NCBI GenBank assembly: GCA_016764895.1 | Contig: JAESRA010000069.1 | Coordinates: 1,045-65,044, forward strand | Reading direction: 5' to 3' | Length of the DNA stretch: 64,000 nt | DNA from: Phycisphaerales bacterium | GTDB taxonomy: Bacteria > Planctomycetota > Phycisphaerae > Phycisphaerales > UBA1924 | In this document: piece after piece, positions 18,432 through 27,722 of the stretch | Position numbering within the stretch: position 1 is the stretch's first letter | Layout: each line of letters begins with the position of its first letter | The notes under the pieces: model-generated | Databases searched by the model: none | What the model was told of the DNA's origin: nothing | Seen by the model: only the letters and a program-made list of their open reading frames with translations | Program-made: the position numbers and the translations under genes

Positions 18432-21400
18432 ATGATGAATCGGAAAGTAAATCTATCGGCATTGGTAATCGTGGCTTTGGCGGGTTCAAGTGCAGGGGCA
18501 CAGGTGATCGATTGGGCATCGGCTGTTGATGGCAACTGGAACGACGCCTTCAACTGGAGCCCGGCGAATGTTCCCAACCTGATTGGCGAGGACGCAGTGC
18601 TTGGGCTGGTCGGGGCGTACACCGTTCATACGATCAATAGCTTTACGATCGGATCGCTGACGCTTTCCAACCCTCTTGTAGTGCTCCAAATCGGGAGCAA
18701 CCAAACACTGATTTTGAACGGCGACCTGAACAACAGCGGAATTGTCAATGTCAATTTCCAAGGGACGATCTTCAATGCACACCTCAGTTTCAACACCGAT
18801 GCGACGATTGCCGGCAACGGATCGATCCTGCTCAATGCGCAGAGTGATCCGGGCGATGCGCAGATTTTGGCAAACGCATTCACCGTGACCAACGCAAGCG
18901 GGCACCTGATTCATGGCTCAGGTCATATCGCCGGCGCGATGATCAACTCAGGAAACATCATCGCCGATGACCCCGCCGGGGCCGGGCTGCGGCTGGGCGG
19001 AACGCTCACGCAGACCCCGGGCGGAAACGCCGGGGCCGATGCGGGGACGCTGTTGCTCGGCAATGGATCCATCACCACCGGCGGCGAACTGCTGTCCATC
19101 AACGGCGGTGTGATCTCGGTTCAAACTTCGGCAACCATCGGGAACATCATCAACTCCGGCGACATCGAAGTACCAGGACAAGGCTGGTCGCTGCGTATGA
19201 ACGGGGATGTCCAGAACAACGGCACCATCACGCTCAACTCAAACGGTGCAATATTCAATGCACATCTCTGGTTTGACGGCGCCACAACACTTGCGGGTTC
19301 GGGCAATGTAATGATGGTCAGCGCCGGCGACTTAGGCGACGCCCAGATTCTCACCAGCGGACTCTTTGATGGCACGATCGGCGGGAATCAAACCGTCGAG
19401 GGCAGCGGGCTCATCACCGGCGGATCCGATGGCACAATCGTCAACCTCGGCACGATCAATGGCAACGATCCGGCTGTGGGGCTGGGGCTTGCCGGGAACC
19501 ACAGCGGGGTCGGCGGCGGCGTATATCGGTCTGACGGCGGATCGATTATTCTCCGCAACGGGCTTGTCCTCAACGGCGGAACCTTTGATTCCTCAGGCAC
19601 CGGCATCGTGGAAATGACAAGCAGCGGCATCGCCACACTCTCCAACATCACCAACCTCGGCCAGATGGGTGTCCGCGGGCAAGGCGGCTCGATCACGCTG
19701 ACTGGGCCAATGACCAACAACGGGACTCTGACACTCAACAGTAATGGGGCAATATTCAATGCTCATCTGCGGTTCGGCGCAAGCACCGCCATTGATGGTT
19801 CGGGCACAATCAACATGGCCACCGCAGGAAGCTCTGGTGATGCACAACTCTTCACAGACGGCCCATTCATCGGCACGATCGGAGCCAGCCAGACCGTACA
19901 AGGATCAGGACAAGTCGATGGACGCAGCGACGGCACCATCGTCAACAACGGCACGATCAACGGCAACGACCCTGCATTCCCACTCGAACTCCGCGGCAAT
20001 CACACCAGCTCCGGCATGTACCGCTCAGATGACGGCGTGCTTGCACTCATCAATGGGGCAAACCTTGACGGCGGCACCTTTGATTCCTCAGGCACCGGCA
20101 TCGTGGAAATGACAAGCAGTGGCATCGTCACACTCTCCAACATCACCAACCTCGGCCAGATGGGTGTCCGCGGCCAGGGCGGGAGCATCAGTCTTGCGGG
20201 GCCGATGACCAATGATGGGACATTGACCATTAACTCGAATAACAATGGGTTCAACGCCCACCTCCGGTTCGTGGCTGATACGGCGATTACTGGATCGGGC
20301 ACTGTCCGAATGAAGATGGCGGGAAGCGATCTTGGTGATGCCCAGCTCTTTACCGATGGCAAGTTCTTCGGTGTGATCGGCGCGAACCAGACAGTCGCGG
20401 GCAGCGGGATTGTGGATGGACGCTCGCTGGGTACGATTGTGAATGATGGAACCATCAACGGCGACGACCCAGTCTTTGAGTTGCGGCTCCAAGGGAACCA
20501 CGACGGGACCGGCGGCGGTGTGTACCGCTCCGACGACGGCCTGCTCGGGTTATCCAACGGGTTGGTCATGAACGGTGGAACCTTTGATTCTTTGGGCACC
20601 GGTATTGTGGACATGACCACCAGCGGCACCGTGATGCTCTCGAACATGACGAACTTCGGAACGCTGGGTATCCGTGGCCAGGGCGGGGTTGTTGGTCTTT
20701 CGGGTCCTCTGACCAATAACGGTACGATTCTCATCAACTCCAATGACAATGGGTTTAATGCTCATATCCGGTTCTTCGCGGCCACCGAGATCAACGGGAC
20801 CGGGACGATCAATATGGAGTTGACGGGGAGCCTTGGTGATGCTCAGATCCTCAATGACCAGGGGTTCATCGGGACCATTGGCAGTGGGCAGACGATAACA
20901 GGTTCTGGAATGATTGTTGGTGAGATGAACATGAACGGGATATTTGATCCGAGTTCAGACGAGCGACGGTTCCATCTGGCCGGTGACACAAACCTCTCGG
21001 CGACCTCTGGGTTCGTTGCCGATCTTGGCGGGTTGCTGATAGGCGAGTTTGACCGGCTGACTATGGGCGTCGGCGACACCATGAATCTTGACGGCACGCT
21101 GACGGTCAATCTTGATGCCGGGTACTTGCCGGAGTTCGGAGATTCATGGGACATCATCTCTGGAGGATCAGTCACCGGCGAGTTCGCCTCTGAGGTTGTC
21201 CCCGAATCCGGGATCGGCCTGGTGTACAGGGTAATCTACGAGCCAAGCCGTGTATTTGTTGTGTTAACCTGCGCAGCGGATCTGACGGGTGACAATGTTC
21301 TCGACTTCTTCGACATCTCGCTGTTCTTAAACTACTTCACCTCAAATGATGTCAGGTCAGATCTCAACGGCGATGGCGTCTTTGACTTCTTTGATATTTC

Positions 21401-21437
21401 ACTGTTCCTTCAGATATTTAACGGGGACTGTTTGTAA
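18432..21437 (+). CDS. large secreted repeat protein (autotransporter-associated beta-strand-repeat-like) with a divergent dockerin-like module (island gene E)
   Basis: Signal peptide MMNRKVNLSALVIVALAGSSAGAQ and an N-terminal GNWNDAFNWSPANVP motif. Five copies of a ~165-aa unit are marked by (I/G)FNAH(L/I)-x-F. The 97-nt segments 19581-19677 and 20076-20172 differ at 2 positions. Terminal module at 21270-21434 is the variant CAADLTGDNVLDFFDISLFLNYFTSNDVRSDLNGDGVFDFFDISLFLQIFNGDCL. Confidence 0.85.
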   Translation: MMNRKVNLSALVIVALAGSSAGAQVIDWASAVDGNWNDAFNWSPANVPNLIGEDAVLGLVGAYTVHTINSFTIGSLTLSNPLVVLQIGSNQTLILNGDLNNSGIVNVNFQGTIFNAHLSFNTDATIAGNGSILLNAQSDPGDAQILANAFTVTNASGHLIHGSGHIAGAMINSGNIIADDPAGAGLRLGGTLTQTPGGNAGADAGTLLLGNGSITTGGELLSINGGVISVQTSATIGNIINSGDIEVPGQGWSLRMNGDVQNNGTITLNSNGAIFNAHLWFDGATTLAGSGNVMMVSAGDLGDAQILTSGLFDGTIGGNQTVEGSGLITGGSDGTIVNLGTINGNDPAVGLGLAGNHSGVGGGVYRSDGGSIILRNGLVLNGGTFDSSGTGIVEMTSSGIATLSNITNLGQMGVRGQGGSITLTGPMTNNGTLTLNSNGAIFNAHLRFGASTAIDGSGTINMATAGSSGDAQLFTDGPFIGTIGASQTVQGSGQVDGRSDGTIVNNGTINGNDPAFPLELRGNHTSSGMYRSDDGVLALINGANLDGGTFDSSGTGIVEMTSSGIVTLSNITNLGQMGVRGQGGSISLAGPMTNDGTLTINSNNNGFNAHLRFVADTAITGSGTVRMKMAGSDLGDAQLFTDGKFFGVIGANQTVAGSGIVDGRSLGTIVNDGTINGDDPVFELRLQGNHDGTGGGVYRSDDGLLGLSNGLVMNGGTFDSLGTGIVDMTTSGTVMLSNMTNFGTLGIRGQGGVVGLSGPLTNNGTILINSNDNGFNAHIRFFAATEINGTGTINMELTGSLGDAQILNDQGFIGTIGSGQTITGSGMIVGEMNMNGIFDPSSDERRFHLAGDTNLSATSGFVADLGGLLIGEFDRLTMGVGDTMNLDGTLTVNLDAGYLPEFGDSWDIISGGSVTGEFASEVVPESGIGLVYRVIYEPSRVFVVLTCAADLTGDNVLDFFDISLFLNYFTSNDVRSDLNGDGVFDFFDISLFLQIFNGDCL

Positions 21438-21521
21438 GCAGAACCGGTCGTTTTGCGTATACTGGATATTTGAAGAGAGTTCAATAAGATTCTCGATACC
21501 AACTTTGTACAGGAGAGAGAA

Positions 21522-22340
21522 ATGAAAGCAATTTGTGTATTGTGCCTAGCCGGCGTTGTGTCAACTGCCTCAGCCCAATCAATGCTGGACTTTACGATCG
21601 ACCCAACTCAGTCCTCGGTTGATCTGACCATCGAGATCGATCTCGGCGGGCTTGGTGGAGATACCGATAGTGATACCTCGTCGCTCTCAGGATTTGTCCA
21701 AGCGGCTCCAGACGATCCCGAAGCCGCCTCTTCTCTCTGGTTGCACGACTTCTTTACTTCAATGGACTCAGACCTGACCTACAACTGGTCGCTCGGATTC
21801 TTATCCACAGCCGACGCGAACTTGGTCGGCGGGACAGTCGAGTACGCAAATCCAGGCATTATTCTCGGCCCAGTACCCGTAGTCGCTGGTGACTTCGAGT
21901 TTCCAAGCGTCTCGGTCATTCTTGGCGGAGTGATGACGGTCAACTACAACATCTTCCTATTCGGTTCAGGGTCCGAGGTTATTGATCTATCAACCCTCGC
22001 CCCATCAGACACGGTCTATTCAGGATCAGTGGTTTCCAGTAATGGCGTGATGACCATGACCAGCACAGTCCCGCTCGCCGGAACTCAGCCATTGGTTATT
22101 GATGGGAGTGTACTCGGAGATGTGATTTTCAGCGGCACCGCGACCATGGTCGCCACCGCAGACATCCCCGATTGCCCCGCAGACTTCACCGGTGATGGCG
22201 TGCTCGACTTCTTTGATATCTCAGCATTCCTCACGGCCTTTGGCAATCAAGAACCCGCCGCCGATATGAACGCTGACGGAGCATGGGATTTCTTTGACAT
22301 CTCAGCATTCCTGACCGCGTTTAGTACCGGATGCCCTTAA
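21522..22340 (+). CDS. secreted protein of unknown function with C-terminal dockerin-like module (island gene F)
   Basis: Signal peptide MKAICVLCLAGVVSTASAQ, a ~200-aa body with no motif I recognise, and the module at 22173-22337. Confidence 0.8.
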   Translation: MKAICVLCLAGVVSTASAQSMLDFTIDPTQSSVDLTIEIDLGGLGGDTDSDTSSLSGFVQAAPDDPEAASSLWLHDFFTSMDSDLTYNWSLGFLSTADANLVGGTVEYANPGIILGPVPVVAGDFEFPSVSVILGGVMTVNYNIFLFGSGSEVIDLSTLAPSDTVYSGSVVSSNGVMTMTSTVPLAGTQPLVIDGSVLGDVIFSGTATMVATADIPDCPADFTGDGVLDFFDISAFLTAFGNQEPAADMNADGAWDFFDISAFLTAFSTGCP

Positions 22341-22534
22341 GAGATATACACATCGTTTATCTTGGGTATCGGACGGAAATAACACGGACAGACCTGACTA
22401 ATCCGACAGGCAAGAATATCCCGTATTTCGGGGCGATTTCTTGCATCCAGTTACTGGTCTGGGGACAATAGTAATGTGGAAAGACCCGATCGGGTCTTAG
22501 AGATGAATGCACGAAACATCCAGGAGGTTGTGCG

Positions 22535-24460
22535 ATGAGAATTCACCGGAGCGGTATCGCCGCATATTTTAAGCGGTCTTGTATGGCAGCAGGGCTGCTG
22601 GCTTTGGCTGGGTCGTCGTCGATCTCGCTGGCGGCACCAGTCCCAACAACGATTGAAGATTTCTTCCTTCCAGGCACCCAACCCGAAACCATCAACCACC
22701 CCATCGCCGACGGCAACAACTGCGCCGCATGCCACTCAGTACCAGAGCATGATTTCGATCCCAACGAAGGATGGGTTGCATCAATGATGGGCCAGTCGAT
22801 GCGCGACCCAATCTTTCACGCCGCCATGTCCGTCGCAAACCAAGATGTCGCCTTTGCCGGCGATCTATGCCTCCGTTGCCACACCCCAGGCGGTTGGCTC
22901 GCCGGACGCGCCGGCAACACAAACCCCGCCGACCCCTTGGATCCCGATGGATCTGATGGCTCGCTGCTCCAGCCAATCGACTTCCAAGGCGTGTCGTGCA
23001 ACTTCTGTCACCGCATGGTCGACCCAGAATACAAACCAGGCGTGAGCCCCATCGCTGACATTGAAGTATTCGACGGCCTCAAAGGCGCAAACCCAGGCAT
23101 CGAAGATACAACACCAAACCCACACTCGGGCGCATTTGTCGTCGACTTCTTCGATCGCCGAAGAGGCCCGTTCGACCTAGGGCCCGACTTCTTTTACCAT
23201 GCCTGGGAACTCTCGCCCTTCCATCGTGACTCAGCCATGTGCGCAACCTGCCATGATGTTTCCAACCCAGCATTCTCCAAACAACCCGACGGAACCTACG
23301 CGCTCAACGCCCTAGGCACTCCCCACGAAACATTCGACAAGTACGACATGTTCCCCATCGAACGCACCTCATCAGAATGGGAACAGAGCGATTTTGCAAT
23401 CGCACCCATCGACATGAGCGGAAGATTCGGCGGCGACAACCCAATGGTTTCAAGCTGTCAAGATTGCCACATGCCAGACCAGAACGCCAACGCCTGCCGT
23501 ATTGATCCAACCAAGCGTCCCGACATGCCACAGCACGCATTCAACGGCGGCAACAACTGGGTCATCAACGCAGTCCGGTCGCTCTACCCAGACCTTGAAA
23601 CAGGTCTCGACGCCACCATGGCCGCCGATTCAATCGCAAGAGCCGAATACATGCTCGTCAACGCCTCTGATCTTGAACTCTCAGAAGACGGCTCAACACT
23701 GACTACGCGGATCATCAACCAAACCGGGCACAAACTCCCCACCGGCTACCCAGAAGGCCGCCGAATGTGGATCAATGTTCAGTTCTTGGACAAGTCAGGA
23801 GTACTCGTCCAAGAGCATGGCGCCTATGACAGCGCAACAGCCATACTCTCGCAAGGCGACACAAAAGTATACGAAGCCCATCTCGGCGTAGACGCAGCGG
23901 TCTCAGCCCTGACCGGAATCCCCGAAGGCGTCGGCTTCCACTTCGCCGCCAACAATGTCTGGATCAAAGACAACCGCATCCCGCCCCGCGGATTCACCAA
24001 CGCCGGGTTCGAATCAGTCCAAGCCGCCCCGGTCGGATACTCCTATATAGATGGTCAATACTGGGACGACACCGATTTCACCATCCCAGCCGGCGCGACC
24101 CAAGCCGAGGTCCGCGTCTACTTCCAACTCGTCAGCAAAGAGTACATCGAGTTCCTCCGCGACGAAAACGACCAAACCGGTGTTGACCCTCTCAACCCAA
24201 GTACCGGCGAGATCGCTTATGCACAATGGGTACTCCACGGCAAGAGCCCCGTCGTCGAAATGGACTTCATGACCATCGACATCATCGGCGGCTGCCCCGC
24301 AGACTTCAACGGCGACGGCGAAGTCGACTTCTTTGATATTTCAGCGTTCCTCAGTGCGTTCTCAAGCCAGCATCCATCGGCAGACATCACCAACGATGCC
24401 CAATGGGATTTCTTCGACATCTCGGCATTCCTGACCATGTTCAGTGCAGGATGTCCATAA
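22535..24460 (+). CDS. multihaem (five CXXCH) c-type cytochrome with C-terminal dockerin-like module (island gene G)
   Basis: AGGAGG at 22522-22527 and a signal peptide. Haem motifs CAACH, CLRCH, CNFCH, CATCH and CQDCH, plus GHKLPTGYPEGRRMW. Module at 24293-24457. Confidence 0.85.
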   Translation: MRIHRSGIAAYFKRSCMAAGLLALAGSSSISLAAPVPTTIEDFFLPGTQPETINHPIADGNNCAACHSVPEHDFDPNEGWVASMMGQSMRDPIFHAAMSVANQDVAFAGDLCLRCHTPGGWLAGRAGNTNPADPLDPDGSDGSLLQPIDFQGVSCNFCHRMVDPEYKPGVSPIADIEVFDGLKGANPGIEDTTPNPHSGAFVVDFFDRRRGPFDLGPDFFYHAWELSPFHRDSAMCATCHDVSNPAFSKQPDGTYALNALGTPHETFDKYDMFPIERTSSEWEQSDFAIAPIDMSGRFGGDNPMVSSCQDCHMPDQNANACRIDPTKRPDMPQHAFNGGNNWVINAVRSLYPDLETGLDATMAADSIARAEYMLVNASDLELSEDGSTLTTRIINQTGHKLPTGYPEGRRMWINVQFLDKSGVLVQEHGAYDSATAILSQGDTKVYEAHLGVDAAVSALTGIPEGVGFHFAANNVWIKDNRIPPRGFTNAGFESVQAAPVGYSYIDGQYWDDTDFTIPAGATQAEVRVYFQLVSKEYIEFLRDENDQTGVDPLNPSTGEIAYAQWVLHGKSPVVEMDFMTIDIIGGCPADFNGDGEVDFFDISAFLSAFSSQHPSADITNDAQWDFFDISAFLTMFSAGCP

Positions 24461-24566
24461 CAATCTTTCCTTATTCGGGCCTCAAAGGGTCCGAGTAGGC
24501 TTTAACAATCCGCAATATGCCCGAGTCGTTTGGGTGCTGCAGACTGTTTGACATCTGGAGGTCGAT

Positions 24567-27500
24567 ATGCGGCTCAAGCTTCTCAATGGTTCGGTTTTTT
24601 CAACGACTCTGACGACCGCCATCGTCCTCACCAGCGGGCTCGCCGCCGCAGCACCCGTCCAGTGGAAAAACACCGCCGATCCAGCACTACACAGCGCCCG
24701 GCTCAGCCACCAGTCCCCAAAGTCTGTCCTCCAATCAGCCGCCGCCCTCAACAACCATTTGAGCAACGACGGGTATGTCTTGGTGCAACTTTCTAAAACA
24801 CCCGACAAATCCGCTCGCCAAGCATTCATCAATGACGGGCTCGAACTGCTCAGCCCAGTAGGCGACAACACCTACTTCGCCCGCGTCAGTGCCAACGCCG
24901 ACGCCGCTGTTTTTGAGACACGCCTTATCGACGCCGGCCAAATCACCCGCAGCCACAAACTCCACCCATTAATCCAAAACGACGAGATGCCATCATGGGC
25001 CATCGTCGGCAGCGACACCGTCAAAGCAATCAGCGGGACTATCGAAAACTACACCGTCGCGGCCTATGTCATGATGCACTCAGATGTAGATATCGCCTCA
25101 CCAGAAATGGACAAACTTCTCAAGTCATACAAAGGCACCATCCGCTCGGTCGTGATGTCAATGAACACACTGGTCGTCGAGATTCCCTACCAGCAACTCA
25201 AAAAACTCGCAGACGACGGACGCGTTCAATGGATCGAGCCACCGCTCCCACCATTGGATACCACAAACGCATCCAACCGCGTGCTCACCCAAGCCAGCAT
25301 CGCCCAGTCAGCACCATATTCGCTCGACGGCACAGGGGTCACCGTGTTCGTCTATGACGGCGGATCAATCCGCGCCGCCCACAACGACTTCTCAGGCCGC
25401 GTAACCAATATCGACTCCACCGCAACAAACTTCCACGCAACCCATGTCGCCGGCACCATCGGAGGCGACGGCAGCACCAACATCAACAACCGAGGCATGG
25501 CGCCCGGTGTCAATCTTCTCGGGGCCGGCTTCCAAGTTCCGGGCGGATTGAGCGAAGGCTTCTTGTACACCGATCCGGGTGACATGGAATCCGACTACGC
25601 GATGGCACTATCCCTGGGCGCATCAATCTCAAACAACTCCATCGGCTCCAATGTCGCCCAGAACGGATACCCATGCGCCTGGCACGGCGACTACGGCATC
25701 ACCGCAGGTGTCATCGACAATATCATCCGCGGATCACTCGGCGATCCCATCACCATCTTCTGGGCAGCCGGAAACGAACGCGGAAACGGTCGCTGCGGCA
25801 CCGGCTATGGCACAACAGCACCTCCCGGAAACAATAAAAACGCAATCTCCATCGGGGCCGTCAACTCCAACGATGATTCGATGACCAGCTTCTCAAGTTG
25901 GGGCCCATCAGACGACGGCCGCATCCGCCCCGTCATCTCAGCACCCGGCTGCCAGAGCGGTTCAGACAACGGCGTCACATCCACCGGCGACGGATCAAAC
26001 ACACAATACATCACCCTGTGCGGAACCTCCATGGCCTCGCCAACAGCAGCAGGTGTCGCCGCACTGATCCTCCAAGACTTCCGAGTCCAGTTCCCAGCAT
26101 GGGGCGACCCATCAAACCAACTCATGAAAGCCATCCTGATCGAAGGCGCTGTAGACATCCTCAATACCGGACCAGACTTCCAAAGCGGCTACGGCTCGAT
26201 CCGCGCAGTCAATAGCATCGACTTCATGCGCACCGGAAACTTCAAAGAAGAAACAATCGACCAAGGCACCTCATCAACCTTCACGGTCACTGTCAATCCG
26301 GGCGACCCCGTCTTCCGCGTCACCATCGCATGGGATGATCCCGCCGGCGCTCCCAATGTATCGCCCGCCCTGGTCAACGATCTGGACCTGATCGTCACAG
26401 ACCCAAACGGTGTTCGTCATTATCCATGGACGCTCAACCCAGCAAGCCCAAGTGCAGCAGCGGTCCGCACACAAGAAGACCACCTCAACAATGTCGAGCA
26501 AGTCTTTGTAGAAAACCCAGCATCGGGCACCTGGCAAATCCAAGTGCTGGGCACCTCAGTTTCAGATGGCCCGCAATCCTTCGCGCTCACCTCAGCACTC
26601 GACCTCGGCGAAGGGCTCCTCTCGATCTCACTCGCTGATGCAGCACCCGAACTCATTCCGCCCGGAACCCCAATCGAGGTTCTTGCATTTGTCAACGAAG
26701 GGATCGACACGGTCATTCCCGGATCAGTCCAGCTCAACTACCACTACGCCCCAGGCGGATTCATCTCAGTCCCAATGAGCGACAACGGAGACGGCTCCTT
26801 CTCAGGAACCGTTCCCGGCGCAGACTGCGGGCAGTTCATCGAATACTACATCTCCGCCAGCGGCGTAGTCGCCGGCTCGGTCTTCTCACCACCACTTGGC
26901 GCAAGCGGCCCAACCCACACCCAAATAGGTGAAATCAAAATCGTCCTGACAGACAACTTCCAAACCGACAACGGCTGGTCCGTATCAAGCGACACAACAG
27001 ACGGCCAATGGACCAGAGGCGTTCCCGTAAACTGTTCAACCAGAGGCGCACCGGCTGCAGACTCCGACGGCTCAGGACAGTGCTGGATCACCGACAACGA
27101 TGCCGGAAACTCCTGCAACTCGGATGTTGACAACGGCACAACAATCCTAACCTCACCAATTTATGACATCTCCAGCGGCGGAGAATTCTCCTTCGACTAT
27201 TGGTACTCAGACATCGCCACCGGCGAAGTCAACGGCGACGAATGGGCCGTCGAAGGCTCAACAGACGCAGGAAACAACTGGACCCGCCTGCGAACCTCCA
27301 CCACAGTATCCCAGACATGGCGGAGCGATACCATCACCGTCGGCCAAGAAATCGCCGCATCATCGACAATGCGGTTCCGCTTCATCGCCAACGATGTGGG
27401 CACTCAAAATGTCATCGAAGCAGGCCTCGACAATGTCCAGATCACACGCTTCGTGTGCGATGAGACAACCGGCTGCATCCCAGACTTTACAGACGATGGG

Positions 27501-27641
27501 ATACTGGACTTCTTTGATATTTCTGCGTTCTTAAGTGCGTTTGGAAGCGGTGATCCAGTCGCCGACATCAACGGCGACGGCACGCTGGACTTCTTCGACA
27601 TCTCCGCCTTCATCGCCGCCTTCAACGCCGGCTGTCCATAA
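24567..27641 (+). CDS. S8 subtilisin-like serine protease with P-domain-like and MAM/jelly-roll-like domains and C-terminal dockerin-like module (island gene H)
   Basis: Signal peptide. Catalytic triad contexts VFVYDGG (Asp), HATHVAGTIGG (His) and GTSMASPTAAGVAALIL (Ser). Followed by RVTIAWDDPAG...NDLDLIVTDPNG and DNFQTDNGWSV...GLDNVQI. Module at 27474-27638. Confidence 0.9.
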   Translation: MRLKLLNGSVFSTTLTTAIVLTSGLAAAAPVQWKNTADPALHSARLSHQSPKSVLQSAAALNNHLSNDGYVLVQLSKTPDKSARQAFINDGLELLSPVGDNTYFARVSANADAAVFETRLIDAGQITRSHKLHPLIQNDEMPSWAIVGSDTVKAISGTIENYTVAAYVMMHSDVDIASPEMDKLLKSYKGTIRSVVMSMNTLVVEIPYQQLKKLADDGRVQWIEPPLPPLDTTNASNRVLTQASIAQSAPYSLDGTGVTVFVYDGGSIRAAHNDFSGRVTNIDSTATNFHATHVAGTIGGDGSTNINNRGMAPGVNLLGAGFQVPGGLSEGFLYTDPGDMESDYAMALSLGASISNNSIGSNVAQNGYPCAWHGDYGITAGVIDNIIRGSLGDPITIFWAAGNERGNGRCGTGYGTTAPPGNNKNAISIGAVNSNDDSMTSFSSWGPSDDGRIRPVISAPGCQSGSDNGVTSTGDGSNTQYITLCGTSMASPTAAGVAALILQDFRVQFPAWGDPSNQLMKAILIEGAVDILNTGPDFQSGYGSIRAVNSIDFMRTGNFKEETIDQGTSSTFTVTVNPGDPVFRVTIAWDDPAGAPNVSPALVNDLDLIVTDPNGVRHYPWTLNPASPSAAAVRTQEDHLNNVEQVFVENPASGTWQIQVLGTSVSDGPQSFALTSALDLGEGLLSISLADAAPELIPPGTPIEVLAFVNEGIDTVIPGSVQLNYHYAPGGFISVPMSDNGDGSFSGTVPGADCGQFIEYYISASGVVAGSVFSPPLGASGPTHTQIGEIKIVLTDNFQTDNGWSVSSDTTDGQWTRGVPVNCSTRGAPAADSDGSGQCWITDNDAGNSCNSDVDNGTTILTSPIYDISSGGEFSFDYWYSDIATGEVNGDEWAVEGSTDAGNNWTRLRTSTTVSQTWRSDTITVGQEIAASSTMRFRFIANDVGTQNVIEAGLDNVQITRFVCDETTGCIPDFTDDGILDFFDISAFLSAFGSGDPVADINGDGTLDFFDISAFIAAFNAGCP

Positions 27642-27659
27642 TCAACGGCGTCTAGATTC

Positions 27660-27706
27660 AAAAAAGAAGCCGGGCACGGATCAATTCCGTGCCCGGCCTT
27701 GTTTTT
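27660..27706. terminator. bidirectional Rho-independent terminator between convergent genes H and I
   Basis: A-run, then GCCGGGCACGGA-TCAAT-TCCGTGCCCGGC (12-bp perfect stem), then CTTGTTTTT. Confidence 0.8.
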
Positions 27707-27722
27707 AAATGACCAATCTCAA

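Noticed and set aside
20000-20749. 249-aa minus-strand ORF (and similar ones at 19388-19999) inside gene E
   Set aside because: They are antisense to the repeat protein. Their repeat periodicity simply mirrors the sense-strand repeats.
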